Source: Octopus bimaculoides | Taxonomy: Eukaryota | Direction of reading: 5' to 3' | DNA: 64,000 nucleotides | Assembly: GCF_001194135.2 (NCBI RefSeq) | Contig: NC_068983.1 | Span: 83,030,894 to 83,094,893 of the forward strand | In this document: piece by piece, positions 1-12,239 of the stretch | Layout of the letters: each line of letters starts with the position of its first letter | How positions within the stretch are numbered: the stretch's first letter is position 1 | Notes under the pieces: generated by a model | The model's input: only the letters and a program-made list of their open reading frames with translations | Databases searched by the model: none | Told to the model about the DNA's origin: nothing | Made by a program: the position numbers and the translations under genes

Positions 1-1714
1 GAGCTCAGGTTTTAGAAAAATATAAAAATGTTGAGTTCTATACGGTTTTGAACACATTTGCTGGTTACACACACACACACACACACACACACATGGATAT
101 GGATATATGTACATTTAAACGTGTGTCTATGAGAGATAGACAGATTGTGAAAGTGAATGTACGTATATGTATGATATGTATGCCTGTATACTACATATTC
201 TTCTAACACTATACTCTAACCAAAATTAGTTAATTTTACAGATATGGTATCAATTTCTAAAGCTATGTTTGTCGCTTTCTCTTCTTGCCTTGACTACAAT
301 GGCGGATGCCCCCTATATCTTCTTAATTATCAGATATGATTTCAATTTCACTCCATCATTTGTATTATTACCAAATTAAAACTTATGCTAAATAAAACCA
401 TTTGGAATTAATGTGATTTACATGTTGTAAGCATTCGGGTCAGGCTCCTAGTCTTGGAAGGTGTGCATAAGGAACATGAAAGCTTGTTTCTTACTTATGA
501 TTAAGCCATAAAATACAGAAGAAAAGATATTAAACCCTGAAACATAACAAAAGACCTGCTGTGATTTTGACCTCACTATCCTGTGCTCCTTGTTTACTTG
601 GCTGATCCATCTCTAGCCGTATATTTGCCCAAAGAACTCTTTGAGTTAATAGGCTAATATGAATAGAGGAGCGACATTTTAAGATAAAAAAAGGATAACT
701 CAATTATCTATTTATTCGTTTTCTATTAAAACCCTACGTTCAGAAAATTTATGATGTTGCACAGGAAATGAATTGATTTTGCCTTGCCATTCAATGCGGA
801 AAAAAGTTTCGCTTAAATTTTGTTAGTAATAAAATGGGCAAAAAAAAACAAAACAAAACTAAACAGCAGCAGTTACTGTTAATATAGCCATTGCCACAAG
901 TGCTAAGATATGTATTACAACTAACTTCTGCCGAAATTATTAGTCTAGTAAGCTTTGCGTGAAGCTGAATGCATACGTATTAGTATGAGAAATAGGAAAT
1001 AAATAAAAGACAGAGACAGAGAGAAAATAATAATGAGATTGAGATATAAACAGCAACAACTGTAGGGGAAGACACACACATACAACAAGAGTGTTTATAT
1101 GTGTATGTGCTATATATGACCTAAGGCAGATTATTTTTAACTTTCAGTACTTACATATGTTGAAGGTTTGTCAGGCAGCTGATCCTTGGGTAAACACCAA
1201 AATGATTAATCAGTTCGTATTACTTACAAATATCATACACAGCCCACACATAAAAGAAAAGTAAAAAAGAACTAATTCTTTCTTAGTGCTTTGTCTCCAC
1301 CCATTGCTTTAACAATGTCTGTTTCACTACGTTCTCCTGTCTCGAGAAATCTACACTCTGGACTTAACACCACAATCCAAGCTCTAATCCGTCTTTATAT
1401 TCCTTTCACATCAATGATATACTGGCTAAAATCAATGTGATTGTTCAAATAATTTTTGAGAAACTGGGATATATTTTATCTCTAAACTTCCTACAAATAA
1501 TGCGTAGGTGTTAAATTATCATTCATATTTAATCTCTCTTGCCAAAATCCCTGAGAAATTTACATGGATTAAAGGAAAGATGCTTTCAAAAGCACATTTA
1601 CATTCTGCTCTCCAAAATCTCAGATCAATCCACATTGCGTCAAGAAACACAAAAGAGGGTAGCAATATAACCATCATCCCACCTTCACCGAAAGCCAACC
1701 TCATGAGAGCGTCC

Positions 1715-2470
1715 ATTGAAAAGCGTTTAGAGTGGAGTAAAACGTACAGAATTGGTCCCTAAAGCAGTGGAAGAATGTTATTTTCTCGGACTTGTCATCC
1801 TTTACCTTATTTCCGACCACCGTATGGAGACCATACGTATGGAGACAGCCAAAAGAAGCATTTGACTCAGACTGCCTTCTTCCAAATGTTAAACATGGAG
1901 GAGTATCTGTGACGATCTAGTGTGTGGGGNNNNNNNNNNNNNNNNNNNNNNNNNNNNNNNNGTGTGGGGGGGGGGGGTATCTTGGAAATCCGGCGGCCCA
2001 ATGATTTCCCTTTATGGCAGAATTAATAGTCAGACTATTTAAGTATTTTATCTGATCAAATTCATCCCATAGTTGCGGAACTGTTTCCGGAGAGAAACGC
2101 AGTCTTTCAGGACGATAATTCACCAATTCACACAGCTAAAGTTGTTACTGAATGGCACGAGGAACGTTCTAGTAAAATTGAACATCTTATCTGGCCACCA
2201 CAGTTCCCAGATCTCAATATTATTGAACATTTATGATACATTTTAGAAAAACAATTAAGAAGTCGATATCCTCCACCATCATCACTACAAGAACTGGAGA
2301 CTGTTTTAGCTGAAGAATAGACAAAAATTCCTTTGGAAACAATTCAGACTTTGAACGAGTCCATACCTCGTAGAATTCAAGGTGTAATTACTTCCAGAGG
2401 CGGTCCTACCCCATATTAAAATACATTTCTTTGAAATTTTAAGTTGTTTCCATTATTTTGTCCAGTCCCT
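1715..2470 (+). mobile_element. Tc1/mariner transposon remnant (5'-truncated) with degenerate DD36E transposase and right TIR
   Basis: Translates with frameshifts and stops to KRLEW..W..VIFSD..F..F..(VWR)QPKEAFDSDCLLPNVKHGG..FQDDNSPIHTAKVVTEWHEERSSKIEHLIWPPQFPDLNIIEHL..LEKQLRSRYPPPSSLQELETVLAEE*TKIPLETIQTLNESIPRRIQGVITSRGGPTPY* (stop 2417-2419). The end GTTTCCATTATTTTGTCCAGTCCCT abuts (TA)n. No left TIR seen. Confidence 0.92.
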
Positions 2471-3962
2471 ATATATATATATATACATACTTGCCAGACA
2501 CTGTGTTTCCCAATGTTCCTATGGTTTTATGAAAGGATTAAATATGTTGCTTAAGGCTCGCGGTCTTGAAAATCGTAAAACATTCATGTCTACGTGTAGA
2601 CCAAAACTAATTTTCTGGAAACTTTATAGCTGTAGGGCGTAATAATTTGGTCAATTGTTCCAAATACCTTTCGTTGACATTTCCGCTTTTGAAAGAAAAA
2701 CTCAATTGGATGCAAACTGTTTAGCTAAGACGTTGACAAATCGGACAAACTGTTTAGCTGTGACAGTGTAATTAATCGAGTATATAGGTAGCATGAAAAG
2801 TAGAAGTGACGGAGTTGTACGGCGTGTAGAGTGAAATGCATACTGGTCACTTCATCTTTGTGCTTAACATAAGGAGAGAAACAAGCATTTATATTGTGTA
2901 AAGGGGTGATATTTGTCAAGCAACCCAGCATACATTTGCTGGAGTGAAAGTAGCGAAAGATTGGAAGAGGCGAGAGAAGAGAAAAAGAAAGACGAAGGAA
3001 GATGGTGTGAAAATGTATGATTAAAACCGCAAGAGAGAAGAAAATGAGGGAAAATGAAAAAAGAGAAAAAAGATAATAAAAACAGAAAATACATCCATCC
3101 ATCCAACCATACATACATATAACGAGAGAAATCTAGAGAAAAGAAGGAATGTGTGTGAGATGTAGGGTTATAACGAGAAGAAAGAGAACGTTAAGAACGA
3201 AGAAATCTATTACAGTCAAACCAAAATAAATTGAAATTATTAGAAGCGGCTTGTATAACAAGTTGTTTGTTGACTTAAGAAAAAGTGGTGGCGGGCAATG
3301 ATGGAAAATGGGGCGTTCTTTTCAGTTAACGAGGGTTATTACAGAGTCTATCCCTTGCCCTTCACCCTATCCTCAGCCTCGTGGATATTCGCGTTCTCTT
3401 AGTTCCCTTAAAATCCATTTCTATCATTGATGATGAGAGCATAAGTTACTTCCAAAGCGATTAATTACGTACACAAATTTTGGTTCTTTTCCCTTCATTA
3501 CATCTCTTTGTAGTGGTTTGGTTGTAGCTTGTCACTGGATGAGGTCAGAGAGTTAGACGTTATCTGGTGAAAGAGTGAAACTACCTCTATATATGATGTT
3601 AACCCATACTGAGCATACGAATGTAGAGGTTACGTAGTCGTAGTTGTACAACACTAGATCAAACTTGATCCAGTTAACAACTGACCGAAAACACACTGTC
3701 ATATTGTAATGATTTTAAAAAGAGTACTCTCTGTCAAAAAGGAGATTTAGCTAATATTTATGATACGTAAAACGACCAGATACATGTTAACATGTTGGTT
3801 TATAGATTCAATGACAGTGTCAAGACGATGTACAGAGAAAATTTCGTTTCTTTCCTGGTTCAATCTCAATGAAATTAACGAATATGCTTCTGATTCAGAA
3901 ACTATGAATGTATATATATTGTGTATGTAAGCCTTTATAAATATGAATACGTTTACACAATT

Positions 3963-4210
3963 ATACATGGCGTGGATATGTGGTAAGAAGTTTCCTTCCC
4001 AACATGTTTCTGGATTCAATCCCACGGCGTGGCACCTTCAGCAATTGTTTTCTATCATAGACTCGAGCCGACCAATGTCTTGCAAGAGAATTTGGCAAAC
4101 GGAAACTGATGGAAGCACGTCGTAACCACTAAGTTACGGGGCAGTAAACCCACCAACATCGGTTGTCAAGCGATGGTGGGGGACAGACACAGACACAAAA
4201 ACACACACAC
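3963..4210 (+). mobile_element. tRNA-headed SINE (family B, CORE-like) with an internally inverted segment
   Basis: 3963-4124 matches the 5' half of the copy at 45447-45812. 4125-4210 matches the reverse complement of that family's post-microsatellite segment. Confidence 0.85.
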
Positions 4211-4321
4211 ATAAAAATATATATTTTACTTAAATATACTACCAAAAATGTTCTTTATTTGCTTAATTTATCGGTGGGAGAATTCCGTAATATATATCAA
4301 GATAAACTTAGAGCTACACTA

Positions 4322-4538
4322 ACTTTTCTACTCTAGGAACAAGGCCTGAAATTTTTGCAGAAGGGGACCAGTTGATTAGATCGACCCCAGTACGCAACTG
4401 GTAATTAATTTATCGATCCCCAAAAGGATGATAGGCTAAGTTGACCTCGGCGGAAGTTGAACTCAGAACGTAAAGACAGACGAAATACCGCTAAGCATTT
4501 CGCACGTCATGCTATCGTTTCTGCCAGCTCACCGCCTT
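4322..4538 (-). mobile_element. tRNA-headed SINE (family A)
   Basis: Reverse complement reads AAGGCGGTGAGCTGGCAGAAACGATAGCATG..GTTCTGAGTTCAACTTCCGCCGAGGTCAACTTAGCCTATCATCCTTTTGGGGATCGATAAATTAATTACCAG. Many similar copies occur in the window. Confidence 0.9.
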
Positions 4539-5220
4539 TTAGAGCTACAATAACTAGAGCCTGTATTATCCCATATATATAGAGTTAGGCAATAATAACA
4601 AATATGAAAATATTAGTTTTTCTTTCTTTTTTTTTTAGAAATAACTAGATGTGAAGTTACTTAAATACGGATTATTCACAGTAACTAACAAGTAGATGAC
4701 CCTATATTCATATATTATGGAAGGGAGAACTCAGTAAATAAGAATTAAGTCATATAAACAAATCAAAGGCTGAGTACCGATCCTTGACAAATATAGTTAA
4801 TGCTATGGTTTTTTTCATATAAAGGACTATAAATAGTATATATCCAAATTTTATTCATTCTTTCTGTAATAAGAATACAAGCTATAAACTAAACAATATT
4901 ATAGTAATTATTATTGTGGTTATTAAATTTAGTAAATCAAATTAAACTATTCATTTATAATAATAATAATAATAATGAAAATAAGTACTATTATTATCAA
5001 TTAATTAGTTAATTAATGTAATTATACATATAATTATTTAGTATAATAAAGACATCTTATTTATAATATGTAATTAATATTGAATTACTAATATAATGAT
5101 GTATTTTACAGTAACTACAATAATTTGTACTGGAAAGATTCAAAATTCTGAATTAATCTATTAAAAAATTAATTTTCCAAATTCAAAATTATTATATAGA
5201 TTAAGATGACAAAACTTAGC

Positions 5221-5507
5221 TATACATATATACATACATACACGCACGTACACACACACACGTACGTACATACACACATACACACACATACATGCACACA
5301 CACACACACATATATATAAATATATATATTCCCAAATTCATACATATATACATACATATATATACAAATACATATATATATATATACACATACACACGTA
5401 CATATACTTATACACAGATTGCAACTTCCATATACATATACAGATATATACATGCAAAAAACTATATAGATGTATACAACCAAAATATACACATACAAAC
5501 ATATATA

Positions 5508-5560
<53 letters not shown>

Positions 5561-5835
5561 TCACACACATTCATATCCATACTTGCACTCATACATATAT
5601 ATGCATATTCAGATACATAGATATATACATATACATATATATACATATATACACACAAACACATACATATGCATAACGACTTATATATAGCATCAGATAT
5701 AAATACAAATATGTACTCATGTATACAAATACATAATATATATACAAATATATGATCATTCATATATACATACATATGCACACATATAAATGGATACATA
5801 CGAGTACAAATATATACACACTAAATATATACACA
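5221..5835. repeat. Compound (TA)n/(CA)n/(TACA)n microsatellite block
   Basis: Seen directly; it accounts for the overlapping YI/HT-rich pseudo-ORFs. Confidence 0.97.
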
Positions 5836-5849
5836 CTAAACAAATATTT

Positions 5850-7640
5850 AGAATAGTGCGACACGAAAAACACTTTCACGTCTTTCATTAAGCAATTTCT
5901 TCTTAGATGTTAATATTTGATATAATTAATTCATCTACACAAGGTTGCATCTAGCATCATTAAATTTGTACGATCTAGCATTACTAAGTATTTTCCAGTT
6001 TATGTCGTATAATTTTTTACTATCCTGCAATTTCCAAATTAGTTTACTCCGACTAGTACAGGTAGCCTATCTCTATTCCTAAAGGTATGCTCATGGGCTG
6101 CAATCCGTTTTTTAAAATAAATTTCCGTTGACCCTTTGTAAAAATGATTTCTCCGTTCCGAATCAACCCTACATCTATATACAATATTGTTCTGTAAACA
6201 AAAATTAATAAGATAGCATTTATCCTTATATCTACAACCACAATTTCAGTATTACTCTTTCTGTTATTGTAAAATTATTATTGTAAAATTTGTCTAATCT
6301 TTTATAATAAAAGGAAGAGATAATTCTAAACAATTTTTTTTAGATACTGGAAAACCTATTCTAATCCTTTTATTATTAATTACTTTATTATATTTATGCT
6401 CTTTATTAAAGTGCTTAGATATAGATCTGTAAAAAAAAAGCTTTACCAAATTCGTTTTTATTTGTCATGTGTAAGCAATGATAAACCAAATATAATTATC
6501 TTTATTATAATTAACATCATTGGGTGTATCTGGGTTGGCATATGGCCTATACTTATCATCCTTAGACTTAAGTCTGTTTCTATATCTATTTTAGTACAGG
6601 ATATATTTACTTCACTTGTTCCTATTAATATTATTAATATTGCTAATCATATTATTACTACTTAGGAATACATTGGATACATTTCTCCTATTAGATCCAC
6701 ATACTTCGTTGTCAACCAAAGTTCCATTATTATAATAAGATTTATTGCAGTTTCTATTCTTATTACAATATACTATTTAATTCCAGTATCCTGTCTTTTT
6801 AAGGGTATCATTATAATATTCGGCATTATTATTAAAGATTTCCTCATTAGAGGATAAATAAGAAACACGTCTCGAAATATTAATAACCAAAGTTCTTGTA
6901 ATCGCTTTAGGACGGTTACCATGAAAGTTGATATATTTTAAATCATTGTTGGGTTTATGATACGGACTGTATAGGCCAGTAACAAAATTCAGATTAACAT
7001 CCAGGTAATTAACTGAATTAACTGATTAGAAAAACCAAATTAACTGATTAGAAAAACCAATTAATGGCCTCCAGGGTATTGAACCAGAGATCTAGCTTTA
7101 ATATTTCCTTAAGTTTAGATATATAGTTGTCTAGAATAATTTTACTTAATCTACCCAGGTCAGAACTGCGTGGGCAAACTAATCTAACTTTAGGGTGGGA
7201 AAAGAAGTTATCTTTATGATCTTTCAAAACGATTCTGGGCCTCCTAGGCACAAGAGGTTCAGTTCTGTCATCAAGTTCAAAATCAGACGTATTTTTTCTA
7301 GCTTCTAAGTTAATAGATCTTAATACATTCTTACTTACTACTTTATAGTTACTAGTAATTTCATTTTCCATTAATTCATGATATTTATAAATATCCATAT
7401 GATATAAATTACCAGTTTTGTCCGAAGGCACAATAATTCCTTTACTGCTCTTATTTTTTAGTTCACATTTTCAAAAGGTGTTCATCCCCTCCAAAGGGAT
7501 ATTTAACAAACTTGGTATTCTTGACGATGTTCCATATATCCTTCTCAAAGGCCTCCAAGTGGCGGTTAGGAGGTGGAAATTTTCTGGATTTGAAGATCTT
7601 ATAAATTTCAAAATCGTCCTTCTTTAACAATATCCCTTTC
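5850..7640 (-). mobile_element. Penelope-like retroelement remnant (Naiad-like, RT plus C-terminal GIY-YIG), RT core deleted
   Basis: Minus-strand translation gives the RT N-part FKSRKFPP..LEAFEKDIWNIVKNTKF..VPSDKTGNLY..LKDHKDNFFSHPKVRLVCPRSSDLGRLSKIILD..WFNTLEAINWF, the thumb VNYLDVNLNFVTGLYSPYHKPNNDLKYIN..ISRRVSYLSSNEEIFN, and the endonuclease C(N)CRYKDKCYL..CLQNNIVYRCRV..YKGSTE..FKKRIAAHEHTFRN..SKLIWKL..WKIL..CNL..LLNERRE. Multiple stops and frameshifts. Confidence 0.88.
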
Positions 7641-7687
7641 AGGGCGAAAAGCTTTTCTTAGTTTGTTACTTTATATATATGCTATTG

Positions 7688-7900
7688 TTTTATTCATTTA
7701 CTTGTTTCAGTAATTTGACTACGGCCAATCGGGAGCACCGCTTTTAGTCGAACAAATCGACCCTAGGTCTTATTCTTTTTAAGCCGAGTACTTATTCTAT
7801 CTGTCACTTTCGCCGAACTAAGTTACGGGGACGTAAACACACCAATTTCGGTTGTCAAATGATAGTGGGAGACAAACACAGACACAGAAATATATATATA
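7688..7900 (-). mobile_element. SINE family B, 3' half
   Basis: Reverse complement reads TGTGTCTGTGTTTGTCTCCCACTATC..TTTACGTCCCCGTAACTTAG..GATAGAATAAGTACTCGG..GGCGGTGCTCCC..CTGAAACAAGTAAATGAATAAAA. Confidence 0.88.
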
Positions 7901-9540
7901 CTAGCAGTAATACCCGTCGTTGATCGGGTAAGTATTTTGACAGTTTCTCGTGAACCACATTCAAAGAATTACGTATTTTCATAAGAGAAAAATATGTAAT
8001 AATTTAAGTAGGAAAAAGGTCAATTTCATACATGAAATATTTGTGTATTTTATAAGAGAAAAACGTAATAACTGAAGTAGAAAAAGATCGATTTCATTCT
8101 TGACTGTAATGATAGTAATGGCAAATTAAGTTATTGAAGTATTTATGTTGCATTAAGAGGGAATATTTCTTTATAAACAATGTTTTTTGTTTTATTTTGG
8201 GGTGCATAAGCAAAAAGATTTTCTTTTCCTCCCACACGTGAGGCTCCTACATAAAGTTTCGAATCTGAACCGGGGTGAGACTACCACTACAGATTTAGAT
8301 TTACTCCTCCTCTATGTGTATATTTTATAAGAGAAAAACATATAATAATTGAAGTAGAAAAAAGATGAAATTCATACACTAACTTCTGTTTGTTTATTAT
8401 TTGACAATAATAAATGAGTTCTATGTGTTATTTTATTTATTAATACAGTGATGGCAATTCATTTAAATAGGTAATTTAGTCATTCTTGAATGTAATGATA
8501 GTAATGGCAAATTAATTTATTGAAGTATTCATGTTGCATGAAGAGTGAATATTTCTTAATAAACAATGTCTTTGTCTTATTTCGGAGTGCATAAGCAAAA
8601 AGATTTGCTTTTGGTCCCACACGTGATGCTTCCACATAAAGTTGGCCACGTGAAAAGCATGGTTCTTAAAAACATGTAATAATTGAATAAGGAGAATTGA
8701 AAGTTTCAGTTTCAACGTGAATGAAAGTAGAAAAATAGCTATATCATATAAACGAATAGCTTTACGGAATGTAGGTGATTGTGCGATGGCACTGAAAAGG
8801 TCACAGATCAAGTACAACACCCATTTGTCATGGTTTCTTTTGAGCAGGCCGTATGGCCAAGGAGAATAGGAAGATTCAGTTTCGAATCTGAACTAGGGTG
8901 AGACTACACCTACAGATTTAGATTTATTCCTCCTGTATGTGTGCATTTTATAAGAGTAAACATGTAATAATTAAAATAGAAAAAAATTCGATGTCATACA
9001 CGTTAAGTTATTGAACTATTCATGTTGCATTGAGAGTGAATATTTCTTTATAAACAATGTCTTTTTGTTTTATTTTGGGATGTATATGCAAAAAGATATG
9101 CTTTTGATCCCACACGTGATATTCCTACATAAACATGGCTATGTGAAAAGCATGGTTCTTCAAGTTGCAACGCAGCAACTTTTAGTGTTTGGCCCTGAGT
9201 TTTATTAATGCCCATGGCAAAAGAAAGTGGAACAGGAAACTGTAACTGCTTAAACTGGAACGAGACATTAGATGGTATAACTGGCATGTGAGGAATGAAG
9301 ACGGTCTCACCGTTGCCACAACCAGTGAGGATATTTGCCTCAATGCAGTTCCTCATAAGTTTGTGCATAATTAGTGTTGTACCAATGCATAATTTTTGTC
9401 GAGACAAATTATATAGCTCCCACACGTGATGCTCGTACATCAAGTTGGCAATGTGAAAAGCATGGTTCTTCAAGTTCCAATCCAACAGCTTTTAGTGTTT
9501 AGGTTTTATTAATGCTCATGACAAAAGAAAGTGGGTTAGG
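7901..9540 (-). mobile_element. Helitron 3' end with reiterated PIF1-like helicase C-terminal fragments
   Basis: ORF 9048-9485 contains KLCIGTTLIMHKLMRNCIEANILTGCGNGETVFIP..FQFKQLQFPVPLSFAMGINKTQGQTLKVAALQLEEPCFSH..YVGISRVGS, typical of Helitron helicase motifs V-VI. The 3' terminus shows a hairpin (TACCCG 7911-7916 / CGGGTA 7925-7930) and CTAG at 7901-7904 next to (TA)n. The 5' boundary (about 9540-9875) is uncertain. Confidence 0.9.
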
Positions 9541-9877
9541 TCACTGTGTTGAGACAAATTAGACAATAGCATAATAGCTTCCCCTGAACCACATACTTTC
9601 ATTTTTCCGGAGAAAGAAAGAGACAGAATTTTGATTCTCAGAGGGAGTAGAGTATTTAAATACCACTTGCTACAATGAGAGCTATCGCTCCAATACCACG
9701 AATACTCACTATTAAGATTTCGCCCTTTGTAATGAAAACAATGGTCTGAACTCGTCAGTTGGAAATAACATTTTTAACATCTATTTCTGAAATATTCATC
9801 ACATTACTTCGTGTGCGTTCTTTACTTTAAACGTCCCCACGACATTCAAAACAAATCATGAGCCAGTATAAATTTGT

Positions 9878-10071
9878 GTACACACACACACACATATATA
9901 TATATATATGGTTACGACGGGCTTCTTCCAGCTTCCGTTCAACACTCACAAGGCTTTGGTCGGCCTGAAGTTATAGTAGACGATACATGCCCAAGGTGCT
10001 ACATAGTGGGATTGAACTCGGAACCATGTTGTTGGGAAGCAAGCTTCTTACCACACAACCACGCCTGTGCC
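9878..10071 (-). mobile_element. SINE family B, 5' half (tRNA head and CORE-like domain)
   Basis: Reverse complement reads GGCACAGGCGTGGTTGTGTGGTAAGAAGCTTGCTTCCCAAC..GGTTCCGAGTTCAATCCCACTATGTAGCACCTTGGGCATGTATCG..GAAGCCCGTCGTAACC(TA)n. Confidence 0.88.
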
Positions 10072-10091
10072 AATATATATATATATATATA

Positions 10092-10129
<38 letters not shown>

Positions 10130-10130
10130 C

Positions 10131-10169
<39 letters not shown>

Positions 10170-10577
10170 TACACACATACACAAACACACCACATACATG
10201 CATGTGTGCACGTTTATGTTCACACCGCATATTTTGTCTTAAGTTTTAACTTTTAATTTACTACTGAAATTTCTTCTTTAAAATACATTTCCATTTATCA
10301 AAATAGAAGAAAAAAACTTTCTGCTAATGACTTGTTTTTACTTCTGTTTCTTTTGCTGCTTTTTTTATATATGTTTTTTTTTACTGATATTTTGTCTTTT
10401 GCCTCCTTCCTCTTCATATACTTTATTGTCGTTATTTTCTTTTTTCCTTTTATTTTGGTACCACTTGTTTTAAGTATTCCACCGCTGCCACCCCCACCAC
10501 CCACTCAATTATTCATATTCTACTTCTTATCGCAATCTTCTTCTTTGTCTTTCCAAACTCCATCAATTGTCATGATT

Positions 10578-10671
10578 TAATCTTCTTCTTCTTCTTCTTC
10601 TTCTTCTTCTTCTTCTTCTTCTTCTTCTTCTTCTTCTTCTTCTTCTTCTTCTTCTTCTTCTCATTCCTCTT

Positions 10672-10713
<42 letters not shown>

Positions 10714-10851
10714 TTGGTGCTACTGCAGCTTCGTTTTCATCTTTTTCTACATTCTACTACTACTACTACTACGATGACGACGACGACGACGACTATTGCT
10801 GCTGCTGCTACTGATACTGCTGTTTCTTCTATTAGTACTGCTACTTCTTTT

Positions 10852-10907
<56 letters not shown>

Positions 10908-11200
10908 GCTACTACTACTTTACTTTTACTACTACTACTACTACTCCTACTACTACTACTTCCTTATCATCCACAACATCATATTCTTTTCTCTTCTCCT
11001 CCCCTTCCTCGTCCTTCTTTTTCTCCTTCACTTCCTTCTAGAACCTCATATTTTATCTCTTCCTCGTCGTCTTTTTTCCTCACCAGCCTTCTTTTTCTTT
11101 TCTTCTTTCTATTCATTTTCTCTTCGCTTTTTCTTGTTTTCCTTATTTTCTTCCCACCTCCTTCTCAATTCTTCTTCTTCCATCTCCTCATCTCAATTCT
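10578..11200. repeat. Compound trinucleotide block (CTT)n-(CTA)n-(CGA)n plus pyrimidine-rich sequence
   Basis: Seen directly; source of the poly-L and poly-Y pseudo-ORFs. Confidence 0.95.
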
Positions 11201-11769
11201 CCACTTGTAAGTTCACATTGCAAAATAACAAGTGCCAACTTCAGGCCAGATATTCTAATCTGCCGAATGATTTTAAACTAAGTAAATAAAATAGACCGGA
11301 GGCTATTTCAGTCACAGCTAGTTTAATAACAGATGTCAGAATGGCTTCGAATAAAAGAAAAGAAAACACTAGAGAAAAATTTTAAATGAAAGAATGGAAA
11401 AAATTTCAAAATTTTAAAGTGATTGGACCTGCTTTTTTTTTACCATTAGTGTTAAAGAATTATGTTTTTATTTGTTTGTTTGTTTTTTTATTTTGCTTTC
11501 AAATTAAGAAAATATATTAATTTTAATTTTTGTTTACGCTTTAGATTATGCATATATACTCTTTCAGAGTAATGAACTGTTCTATGGATACAATGCTAAC
11601 GATATAAAAGACAGCCAAATTATTATACCTCGCACATCCATAGTACTTATATCAACACTGGTTTTGGTGGGATGATAGGATATTGAAGACTCGAATGCAG
11701 AGATATTTTCTTTTAGAGCAATTGGGGAAGAAAGAAACTAAATATAACAAGGCATTTAGTCTCACTAGT

Positions 11770-12213
11770 AACAACATCCTTTCGATAACGATCTCAAATT
11801 TTGGCACAAGGTCAGCAATTTCGGAGAGAAGGTAAGTCAGTTGCAGCGATCCCAGTCAGTATTCAACTGGTATTTATTTTATCCATCCCAAAAGGATGGA
11901 AGGAAAAGTCAACCTCAGCGAAATTTGAACTCAGAACGTGAAGACGGACAAAATGCCGCTAAGTATTTCGCCCAGCATGCTAACCTTTCTGCCAGCTTGC
12001 CGCCTTCTTTTCAATCATAATAACAAACCTTTCTACTAAAGGCACACAACCTGAAATTTTGAGAGCGGGGACTAGTCGATTACATCAAAGGTAATGAATT
12101 TATCGATCCCTAAATGATTCCTCGGTGGAATTTGAACTCAGAACGTAGAGACGGGTGAAATACTGCTAAGCATTTCGCCCAGCGTGCTAACGATTCTCCC
12201 AGTTCATCGCCTT
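11770..12213 (-). mobile_element. Two head-to-tail SINE family A copies (11770-12006 and 12017-12213)
   Basis: Both align to the family A copy at 4322-4538; the second has an internal deletion. Confidence 0.88.
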
Positions 12214-12239
12214 CCCGTCAATAATTATAATGATAATAT

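Noticed and set aside
1290-1716. Protein-like minus-strand frames upstream of the Tc1 remnant, and a 30-nt micro-exon candidate near 1155-1185
   Set aside because: No recognisable family, interrupted by stops; splice-like signals of this strength are expected by chance.
4660-5220. Extremely AT-rich block resembling a mitochondrial control region (NUMT)
   Set aside because: There are no adjacent mitochondrial genes or tRNAs; it is more simply low-complexity DNA or a PLE 3' flank.
5850-7640. Possible selenocysteine (in-frame TGA plus SECIS) as reported for some Naiad elements
   Set aside because: The TGA codons are not at clearly conserved Cys positions, other stop types and frameshifts are present, and I saw no SECIS.
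10714-11289. Poly-L/T/Y ORFs, and similar poly-Q/H (44948-45199) and poly-D (51004-51342) ORFs
   Set aside because: These are translations of trinucleotide microsatellites with no complex flanking coding sequence.
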